Position numbers and translations under genes: made by a program. From Eledone cirrhosa (Eukaryota), in the NCBI GenBank assembly GCA_964016885.1, contig OZ024740.1, positions 7,564,001-7,628,000 of the forward strand: a DNA stretch of 64,000 nucleotides, in the 5' to 3' direction. How positions within the stretch are numbered: position 1 is the first letter of the stretch; each line of letters begins with the position of its first letter. Of this stretch, positions 29,001 to 38,199 are shown in pieces. A model generated the notes under the pieces. It saw nothing but the letters and a program-made list of their open reading frames with translations. It was not told the origin of the DNA and searched no databases.

Positions 29001-32000
29001 TATCAGTTTTAATTGGTATGTCAATTTCAATTAGTATATCAGTTTCGATTGGTATATCAGTTTCGATTAGTATGTCAGTTTCTATTGGTATGTCAGTTTC
29101 GATTGGTGTATCAGTTTCGATTGGTATATCAGTTTCCATTGGTATATCAGTTTCTATTGGTATGTCAGTTTTGATTGGTATATCAATTTCTATTGGCATG
29201 CCAGTTTCGATTAGTATGTCAGTTTCTATTGGTATATCAGTTTCGATTGGTATGTCAGTTTCTATTGGTATGTCAGTTTTGATTTTTATATCAGTTACTA
29301 TTGGTATGTCAGTTTCGATTGGTATGTCAGTTTCGATTAGTATATCAGTTTCTATTGGACTGTCAGTTTCTATTGATATATCAGTTTCGTTTGGTATATC
29401 AGTTTCTATAGGTATATCAGTTTCGATTGGTATGTCAATTTCGATTGGTATATTAGTTTCGATTAGTATGTCAGTTACTATTGGTATATCAGTTTCGATT
29501 GGTATATCTGTTTCGATTGGTATGTCAATTTCTATTGTTATATCAGATTCGATTAGTATGTCAGTTTCGATTAGTATATCTGTTTCTATTGCTATGTCAG
29601 TTTCGATTGGTATATCAGTTTCTACTGGTATATCAGTTTCTATTGGTATGTCAGTTTTTATTGGTATATCAGTTTCTATTGGTATGTCAGTTTCGATTGT
29701 TATGTCAGTTTCTATTGGTATATCAGTTTCGATTGGTATGTCAGTTTAGATTGGTATAGCAGTTTCTATTGGTATGTCAGTTTCTATTGGTATGTCGGTT
29801 TCTATTGGTATATCAGTTTCGATTGGTATGTCAGTTTTGATTAGTATGTCAGTTTCTATTGGTATGTCAGTTTCGATTAGTATATCAGTTTCTATTGATA
29901 TGTCTGTTTCGATTGGTATATCAGATTCTATTGGTATATTAATTTCTATTGGTATATCAGTTTCTATTGGTATATCAGTTTCTATTGGTATGTCAGTTTT
30001 GATTGGTATATCAGTTTTGATTGGTATGTCAGTTTCGATTGGTATATCAGTTCGATTGGTATGTCAGTTTCTATTGGTATGTAAGTTTCGATTATTATAT
30101 CTGTTACTATTAGTATGTCAGTTTCGATTGGTATGACAGTTTCGATTGGTATATCAGTTTCGATTGGTATATCAGTTTTGATTGGTATGTCAATTTCGAT
30201 TGGTATGTCAATTTCGATTGGTATATTAGTTTCGATTAGTATATCAGTTTCTATTGGTATGTCGGTTTCTATTGGTATATCAGTTTCGATTGGTATGTCA
30301 GTTTCGATTAGTATGTCAGTTTCTATTGGTATGTCAGTTTCGATTAGTATATCAGTTTCTATTGATATGTCTGTTTCGATTGGTATATCAGATTCTATTG
30401 GTATATCAGTTTTGATTGGTATATCAGTTTCGATTGGTATATCAGTTTCTATTGGTATATCAGTTTCTATTGGTATGTCAGTTTTGATTGGTATATCAGT
30501 TTTGATTGGTATGTCAATTTCAATTAGTATATCAGTTTCGATTGGTATATCAGTTTCGATTAGTATGTCAGTTTCTATTGGTATGTCAGTTTCGATTAGT
30601 ATATCAGTTTCTATTGGTATGTCAGTTTCGATTGGTATATCAGTTTCGATTGGTATATCAGTTTCGATTGGTACATCAGTTTCTATTGGTATATCAGTTT
30701 CTATTGGTATGTCAATTTTGATTGGTATATCAATTTCTATTGGTATGTCAGTTTCGATTAGTATGTCAGTTTCTATTGGTATATCAGTTTCGATTGGTAT
30801 GTCAGTTTCTATTGGTATATCAGTTTCGATTGGTATATCAGTTTCGATTGGTATATCAGTTTCGATTGGTATGTCATTTTGGATAGGTATGTCAGTTTCG
30901 ATTGGTATATCAGTTTCGATTGGTAAGTCAGTTTCGATTGGTATGTCAATTTCGATTGGTATCTCAGTTTTGATTAGTATATTAGTTTCTATTGGTATGT
31001 CGGTTTCTATTGGTATATCAGTTTCGATTGGTATGTCAGTTTCGATTAGTATATCAGTTTCTATTGGACTGTCAGTTTCTATTGATATATCAGTTTCGTT
31101 TGGTATATCAGTTTCTATAGGTATATCAGTTTCGATTGGTATGTCAATTTCGATTGGTATATTAGTTTCGATTAGTATGTCAGTTACTATTGGTATATCA
31201 GTTTCGATTGGTATATCTGTTTCGATTGGTATGTCAATTTCTATTGTTATATCAGATTCGATTAGTATGTCAGTTTCGATTAGTATATCTGTTTCTATTG
31301 CTATGTCAGTTTCGATTGGTATATCAGTTTCTACTGGTATATCAGTTTCTATTGGTATGTCAGTTTTTATTGGTATATCAGTTTGTATTGGTATGTCAGT
31401 TTCGATTGTTATGTCAGTTTCTATTGGTATATCAGTTTCGATTGGTATGTCAGTTTAGATTGGTATAGCAGTTTCTATTGGTATGTCAGTTTCTATTGGT
31501 ATGTCGGTTTCTATTGGTATATCAGTTTCGATTGGTATGTCAGTTTTGATTAGTATGTCAGTTTCTATTGGTATGTCTGTTTCGATTAGTATATCAGTTT
31601 CTATTGATATGTCTGTTTCGATTGGTATATCAGATTCTATTGGTATATCAGTTTCTATTGGTATATCAGTTTCTATTGGTATGTCAGTTTTGATTGGTAT
31701 ATCAGTTTTGATTGGTATGTCAGTTTCGATTGGTATATCAGTTCGATTGGTATGTCAGTTTCTATTGGTATGTAAGTTTCGATTATTATATCTGTTACTA
31801 TTAGTATGTCAGTTTCGATTGGTATGACAGTTTCGATTGGCATATCAGTTTCGATTGGTATATCAGTTTTGATTGGTATGTCAATTTCGATTGGTATGTC
31901 AATTTCGATTGGTATATTAGTTTCGATTAGTATATCAGTTTCTATTGGTATGTCGGTTTCTATTGGTATATCAGTTTCGATTGGTATGTCAGTTTCGATT

Positions 32001-33720
32001 AGTATGTCAGTTTCTATTGGTATGTCAGTTTCGATTAGTATATCAGTTTCTATTGATATGTCTGTTTCGATTGGTATATCAGATTCTATTGGTATATCAG
32101 TTTTGATTGGTATATCAGTTTCGATTGGTATATCAGTTTCTATTGGTATATCAGTTTCTATTCGTATGTCAGTTTTGATTGGTATATCAGTTTTGATTGG
32201 TATGTCAATTTCAATTGGTATGTCAGTTTCGATTAGTATGTCAGTTTCTATTGGTATATCAGTTTCGATTGGTATGTCAGTTTCTATTGGTATATCAGTT
32301 TCGATTGGTATATCAGTTTCGATTGGTATATCAGTTTCGATTGGTATGTCATTTTGGATAGGTATGTCAGTTTCGATTGGTATATCAGTTTCGATTGGTA
32401 AGTCAGTTTCGATTGGTATGTCAATTTCGATTGGTATCTCAGTTTTGATTAGTATATTAGTTTCTATTGGTATGTCGGTTTCTATTGGTATATCAGTTTC
32501 GATTGGTATGTCAGTTTCGATTAGTATGTCAGTTTCTATTGGTAAGTCAGTTTCGATTGGTATGTCAATTTCGATTGGTATGTCAGTTTGGATAGGTATG
32601 TCAGTTTCGATTGGTATATCAGTTTCGATTGGTAAGTCAGTTTCGATTGGTATGTCAATTTCGATTGGTATATCAGTTTCCATTGGTATATCAGTTTCTA
32701 TTGGTATGTCAGGTTTGATTGGTATATCAATTTCTATTGGCATGTCAGTTTCGATTAATATGTCAGTTTCTATTGGTATATCAGTTTCGATTGGTATGTC
32801 AGTTTCTATTGGTATGTCAGTTTTGATTTTTATATCAGTTACTATTGGTATGTCAGTTTCGATTGGTATGTCAGTTTCGATTAGTATATCAGTTTCTATT
32901 GGACTGTCAGTTTCTATTGATATATCAGTTTCGTTTGGTATATCAGTTTCTATAGGTATATCAGTTTCGATTGGTATGTCAATTTCGATTGGTATATTAG
33001 TTTTGATTAGTATGTCAGTTACTATTGGTATATCAGTTTCGATTGGTATATCTGTTTCGATTGGTATGTCAATTTCTATTGTTATATCAGATTCGATTAG
33101 TATGTCAGTTTCGATTAGTATATCTGTTTCTATTGCTATGTCAGTTTCGATTGGTATATCAGTTTCTACTGGTATATCAGTTTCTATTGGTATGTCAGTT
33201 TTTATTGGTATATCAGTTTCTATTGGTATGTCAGTTTTGATTGTTATGTCAGTTTCTATTGGTATATCAGTTTCGATTGGTATGTCAGTTTAGATTGGTA
33301 TAGCAGTTTCTATTGGTATGTCAGTTTCTATTGGTATGTCGGTTTCTATTGGTATATCAGTTTCGATTGGTATGTCAGTTTTGATTAGTATGTCAGTTTC
33401 TATTGGTATGTCAGTTTCGATTAGTATATCAGTTTCTATTGATATGTCTGTTTCGATTGGTATATCAGATTCTATTGGTATATCAATTTCTATTGGTATA
33501 TCAGTTTCTATTGGTATATCAGTTTCTATTGGTATGTCAGTTTTGATTGGTATATCAGTTTTGATTGGTATGTCAGTTTCGATTGGTATATCAGTTCGAT
33601 TGGTATGTCAGTTTCTATTGGTATGTAAGTTTCGATTATTATATCTGTTACTATTAGTATGTCAGTTTCGATTGGTATGACAGTTTCGATTGGTATATCA
33701 GTTTCGATTGGTATAACAGC
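26050..33720. repeat. HOR block D: mosaic units of 1601, 1709 and 1835 bp; boundaries approximate
   Basis: ORF offsets 26319/27920, 29481/31190/33025 and 29774/31483/33318. Markers include ATTCCGAATGG, GGTAACTCAG and TCATTTTGGATAGG. Confidence 0.8.
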
Positions 33721-33768
33721 TTTGATTGGTATGTCAATTTCGATTGGAGGCACATAGCTGGAGGCACA

Positions 33769-33779
33769 TAGCTTAGTGG
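33769..33779 (+). promoter_or_regulatory. RNA polymerase III internal promoter, A box
   Basis: TAGCTTAGTGG fits the TRGCNNARYGG consensus. Confidence 0.85.
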
Positions 33780-33811
33780 TTAGAGCATTGGCCTTGCAAT
33801 CGAAAGGTTGT

Positions 33812-33822
33812 GAGTTCAATTC
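33812..33822 (+). promoter_or_regulatory. RNA polymerase III internal promoter, B box
   Basis: GAGTTCAATTC contains the GTTCRANNC core at tRNA-like spacing from the A box. Confidence 0.8.
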
Positions 33823-33835
33823 TCAGAGCGGGTGA

Positions 33836-33908
33836 TGTGTTGTTTCCTTGAGCAAGACACTTTATTTCACATTGCTCCAGTTTACTCAGCTGTAGAAATG
33901 AGATGATA
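33836..33908 (+). other. CORE-like central SINE domain
   Basis: CCTTGAGCAAGACACTT...CAGTTTACTCAGCTGTAGAAATGAGATGATA aligns by eye with the MIR CORE consensus as I recall it (CCTTGGGCAAGTCACTT...CAGTTTCCTCATCTGTAAAATGGGGATAATA). Confidence 0.75.
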
Positions 33909-33930
33909 GGGACTGGGGTCCCTATTATTC

Positions 33931-34092
33931 CACTGTAAAGTGGTCGTGGAGGTGCAACGGCAAAAAAGCACCCAGCACTCACTGTAAATGAGGTTGGTGT
34001 TAGGAAGGGCATCCAGCTGTAGAAATCAAGCCAGAATCAGTTCCCGTCCCACCCTTGCAAGCAGGGAAAAAGCGGACGTAAAGTGAAATGAA
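33931..34092 (+). other. RTE-derived 3' module of the SINE
   Basis: 33940-33976 matches LINE 34786-34822 with 1 substitution. 33963-34044 matches LINE 34855-34935 with 1 indel. 34043-34082 is a more diverged match to LINE 34987-35025. Confidence 0.93.
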
Positions 34093-34275
34093 ATGTCAAT
34101 TTCGATTGGTATATTAGTTTCGATTAGTTTATCAGTTTCTATTGGTATATCAGTATCTAGTGGTATGTCAGTTTCGATAGGTATGTCTGTTTCTATTGGT
34201 ATAACAGTTTCGATTGGTATGTCAGTTTCTTTTGGTATGTCAGTTTCAATTATTATATCAGTTACTATTGGTATG
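34093..34275. repeat. 183-bp satellite spacer (~10 monomers) between the two retroposons
   Basis: Identical by eye to 37534-37716, including the rare variants ATTAGTTTATCA, GTATCTAGTGG and TTTCTTTTGG. Confidence 0.97.
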
Positions 34276-34277
34276 CA

Positions 34278-34745
34278 AAAGGCTTCTCCCTCAGAATGAA
34301 AGGCAGACTGTATGATGCGTGTATCCGAACAGCGATGTTGCATGGTAGTGAGACCTGGGCGCTGAAGGTGGAAGACTTACGTAGATTAGAGAGAAACGAA
34401 GCCTGCATGTTCCGATGGATGTGTAACAGTAATATACGTGAACGACAAAGCATAAATGAATTGAGAGAGAGACTGAGCATAAGAGGAATCAAATGCTGCG
34501 TGCAGGAGAGGCGGTTACGCTGGTATGGACATGTGATGCGTATGAAGGATGACAGCTGCATAAAAAGGTGCAGAGCACTAGAAGTTGATGGAAACCGCGG
34601 AGTGGGGAGACCCAAGATGACTTGGGATGAGGTGATAAAAGCCGACATTACCCAACTACACCTCTCAAAGTCAATGACACACGACCGTGACTTCTGGCGT
34701 CACGCAGTAATACAGGGTACCCGACCTCCCATGGGTACATGCTGA
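34278..34745 (+). CDS. C-terminal remnant (region downstream of the RT core) of the RTE endonuclease/reverse-transcriptase ORF; truncated, no catalytic domains
   Basis: Open frame KGFSLRMKGRLYDACIRTAMLHGSETW...RRLRWYGHVMR...GRPKMTW...DRDFWR...stop at 34743-34745. The frame is open from the 5' junction, so the ATG at 34296 is probably an internal Met. Confidence 0.88.
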   Translation, partial: KGFSLRMKGRLYDACIRTAMLHGSETWALKVEDLRRLERNEACMFRWMCNSNIRERQSINELRERLSIRGIKCCVQERRLRWYGHVMRMKDDSCIKRCRALEVDGNRGVGRPKMTWDEVIKADITQLHLSKSMTHDRDFWRHAVIQGTRPPMGTC

Positions 34746-34790
34746 AGCATATAAACAATATGCCCCCCCCCCCCCCCACCGCAAGGTGGT

Positions 34791-34880
34791 CGTGGAGGTG
34801 CCACGGCAAAAAAGCACCCAGCCCACACTGTAAAGTGCACGTGTAGGCGCCACGAAAAAGCACCCAGCACTCACTGTAAA
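34791..34880 (+). repeat. Two imperfect ~49-bp tandem units in the LINE 3' UTR (CGTG..GG[T/C]GCCACG..AAAAAGCACCCAGC..CACTGTAAA)
   Basis: Units begin at 34791 and 34840. The SINE carries one unit beginning at 33945. Confidence 0.85.
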
Positions 34881-35031
34881 TGAGGTTGGTGTTAGGAAGG
34901 GCATCCAGCTGTAGAAATCAAGCCAGATCAGTTCCTGTATGAGCAAGGCATGGTCAGCCGACCAGACACTGCCCACAACAGGACAACCCGTCTAACCCAT
35001 GCTAGCGTGGAAGAACGGACGTAAAACGGTG

Positions 35032-35052
35032 ATGATGATGATGATGATGATG
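35032..35052 (+). repeat. (ATG)7 microsatellite 3' tail of the LINE
   Basis: Seven ATG repeats run directly into satellite TCAGTTTCG. Short-repeat tails are typical of RTE elements. Confidence 0.95.
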
Positions 35053-38000
35053 TCAGTTTCGATTGGTATGTCAGCTTATATTGGTATATCAGTTTCTATT
35101 GGTGTGACAGTTTCGATTGGTATATCAGTTTGGATTGGTATGTCAGTTTCGATTGGTATGTCAGTTTCGATTGGTATGTCAATTTCGATTGGTATAGCAG
35201 TTTCGATTGGTATATCAGTTTCGATTGGTATATCTGTTTCGATTGGTATGTCAGTTTCGATTAGTATATCAGTTTCTATAGGTATGTCAGTTTCTATTGG
35301 TATATGATTTTCGATTGGTATATCAGTTTCGATTAGTATGTCAGTTTCTATTGGTATATCAGTTTCGATTAGTATATCAGTCTCTATTGATATGTCAGTT
35401 TCGATTGGTATATCAGTTTCGATTGGTATATCAGTTTCGATTGGTATATCAGTTTCTATTGGTATGTCAGTTTTAATTGGTATATCAATTTCTATTGGTA
35501 TGTCAATTTCGATTAGTATGTCAGTTTCTATTGGTATATCAGTTTCGATTGGTATGCCAGTTTCTATTGGTATGTCAGTTTTGATTTTTATATCAGTTAC
35601 TATTGGTATGTCAGTTTCGATTGGTATGTCAGTTTCTATTGGTATATGTGTTTCGATTGGTATGTCAGTTTCGATTAGTATATCAGTTTCTATTGGAATG
35701 TCAGTTTCTATTGATATATCAGTTTCGTTTGGTATATCAGTTTCTATTGGTATGTCAGTTGCGATTGATATATCAGTTTCGATTAGTATGTCAGTTACTA
35801 ATGGTATGTCAGTTTTGATTAGTATATCAGTTTCTATTGGTATGTCAGTTTCGATTGGTATGTCAGTTTCTATTGGTATATCAGTTTCGATTGGTATATC
35901 AGTTTTGATTGGTATATCAGTTTCGATTGGTATGTCAGTTTCTATTGGTATATCAGTTTCTATTGGTATGTCAGTTTCGATTGGTACGTCAGTTTGGATT
36001 GGTGTGTCAATTTCAATTGGTATATCAGTTTCGATTAGTATGTCAGTTTCTATTGGTATATCAGTTTCGATTGGTATATCTGTTTCGATTGGTATGTCAG
36101 TTTCGATTGGTATAACAGTTTCGATTGGTATGTCAGTTTCGATTAGTATATCAGTTACTATTGGTATGTGAGTTTCTATTGGTATATCAGTTTCAATTGG
36201 TATATCAGTTTCGATTAGTATGTCAGTTTCGAATTGTATGTCAGTTTAGATTGGTATATCAGTTTCTATTGGTATGACAGTTTCGATTGGTATGTCAATT
36301 TCGATTGGTATATCAGTTTCGATTGGTATATCAGTTTCGATTGGTATGTCAGTTTCGATTGGTATCTCAGTTTTGATTAGTTTATTAGTTTATATTGGTA
36401 TGTCGGTTTCTATTGGTATATCAGTTTCGATTGTTATATCAGTTTCGATTAGTATGTCAGTATCTATTGGTATGTCAGTTTCGATTAGTATGTCAGTTTC
36501 GATTGGTATATCAGTTTCGATTGGTATATCAGTTTCTATTGGTATATCAGTTTCTATTGGTATGTCAGTTTAGTTTGGTATAGCAGTTTCTATTGGTATG
36601 TCAGTTTCGATTGGTATGTCAGTTTCTATTGGTATATCAGTTTCGATTGGTATGTCAGTTTCTATTGGTATGTCAGTTTCGATTATTATATCAGTTACTA
36701 TTGGTATGTCAGTTTTGATTGGTATGTCAGTTTCTATTGGTATATCTGTTTCGTTTGGTATGTCAGTTTCGATTAGTATATCAGTTTCTATAGGTATGTC
36801 AGTTTCTATTAGTATATCAGTTTCGATTGGTATATCAGTTTTGATTCGTATGTCAGTTTCGATTGGTATATCAGTTTCTATTGGTATATCAGTTTAAATT
36901 GATATATCAGTTTCGATTAGTATGTCAGTTTCTATTGGTATATCAGATTTGATTGTTATATCAGTTTCGATTGGTATATCAGTTTCGATTGGTATGTCAG
37001 TTTCTATTGGTATATCAGTTTCTATTGGTATGTCAGTTTCGATTGGTATGTCAGTTTCGATTGGTATGTCAATTTCGATTGGTATATTAGTTTCGATTAG
37101 CATGTCAGTTACTATTGGTATAGCAGTTTCTATTGGTATGTCAGTTTCTATTGGTATGTCGGTTTCTATTGGTATATCAGTTTCGATTGGTATGTCAGTT
37201 TTGATTAGTATGTCAGTTTCTATTGGTATGTCAGTTTCGATTAGTATATCAGTTTCTATTGATATGTCTGTTTCGATTGGTATATCAGATTCTATTGGTA
37301 TATCAATTTCTATTGGTATATCAGTTTCTATTGGTATATCAGTTTCTATTGGTATGTCAGTTTTGATTGGTATATCAGTTTTGATTGGTATGTCAGTTTC
37401 TATTGGTATGTATGTTTCGATTATTATATCTGTTACTATTAGTATGTCAGTTTCGATTGGTATGACAGTTTCGATTGGTATATCAGTTTCGATTGGTATA
37501 TCAGCTTTGATTGGTATGTCAATTTCGATTGGTATGTCAATTTCGATTGGTATATTAGTTTCGATTAGTTTATCAGTTTCTATTGGTATATCAGTATCTA
37601 GTGGTATGTCAGTTTCGATAGGTATGTCTGTTTCTATTGGTATAACAGTTTCGATTGGTATGTCAGTTTCTTTTGGTATGTCAGTTTCAATTATTATATC
37701 AGTTACTATTGGTATGTCAGTTTCGATTGGTATGTCAGCTTATATTGGTATATCAGTTTCTATTGGTGTGACAGTTTTGATTGGTATATCAGTTTGGATT
37801 GGTATGTCAGTTTCGATTGGTATGTCAGTTTCGATTGGTATGTCAATTTCGATTGGTATAGCAGTTTCGATTGGTATATCAGTTTCGATTGGTATATCAG
37901 TTTCGATTGGTATGTCAGTTTCGATTAGTATATCAGTTTCTATAGGTATGTCAGTTTCTATTGGTATATGATTTTCGATTGGTATATCAGTTTCGATTAG

Positions 38001-38199
38001 TATGTCAGTTTCTATTGGTATATCAGTTTCGATTAGTATATCAGTTTCTATTGATATGTCAGTTTCGATTGGTATATCAGTTTCGATTGGTATATCAGTT
38101 TCGATTGGTATATCAGTTTCTATTGGTATATCAGTTTCTATTGGTATGTCAGTTTTAATTGGTATATCAATTTCTATTGGTATATCAATTTCGATTAGT

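Larger units (their letters stand above)
1..33747. repeat. 18-bp tandem satellite array, left arm (runs off the window edge)
   Basis: Continuous head-to-tail monomers TCAGTTTC[G/T]ATT[G/A]GTAT[A/G] with occasional 1-bp indels and no inversion seen. The + strand is T-rich (8 T of 18 in the consensus). Confidence 0.99.
33760..33826 (+). pseudogene. tRNA-like SINE head; TGC (Ala) at the anticodon position, not a functional tRNA
   Basis: D arm GCTT/GAGC. Loop CTTGCAA (33793-33799) sits in an imperfect stem TTGGC/TCGAA. Variable region AGGTT, then T arm TGAG-TTCAATT-CTCA. There is no 3' acceptor-stem partner. Confidence 0.75.
33748..34092 (+). mobile_element. tRNA-derived CORE-type SINE with RTE-LINE-derived 3' region and TGAAA-repeat tail (ends ambiguous by 2-3 bp of microhomology)
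   Basis: Pol III A and B boxes lie in a tRNA-like head, followed by a CORE-like segment. The 3' half is nearly identical to the 3' UTR of the adjacent RTE LINE and ends GTGAAATGAAATG. The element is absent from the paralogous site at 37531-37534. Confidence 0.92.
34276..35052 (+). mobile_element. 5'-truncated non-LTR retrotransposon (LINE, RTE clade), 777 bp
   Basis: Contains C-terminal ORF motifs typical of RTE elements, a ~285-nt 3' UTR and a trinucleotide tail. It is inserted at GGTATG^TCAG and is absent at paralogous position 37716/37717. Confidence 0.93.

Noticed and set aside
33760-33826. Functional tRNA-Ala(TGC) gene
   Set aside because: There is no acceptor stem, the anticodon stem has two mismatches, and the sequence continues into the SINE body and tail.
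33526-34976. Minus-strand ORFs 33526-33819, 33773-34012, 34026-34343, 34265-34648, 34648-34863 and 34671-34976
   Set aside because: These are antisense readings of the SINE and LINE or satellite-element fusions with no recognisable domains. The shared MPFLTPTSFTVSAGCFF peptide only reflects the shared DNA.
33748-35052. A single LTR element or composite transposon bounded by direct repeats
   Set aside because: The repeats are the SINE-LINE shared 3' sequence. Each element has its own tail and junction, native satellite lies between them, and there are no TG...CA ends, primer-binding site or terminal inverted repeats.
34999-35307. ORF with a poly-Met tract (MLAWKNGRKTVMMMMMMM...)
   Set aside because: This is a translation of the (ATG)7 tail reading into the satellite.
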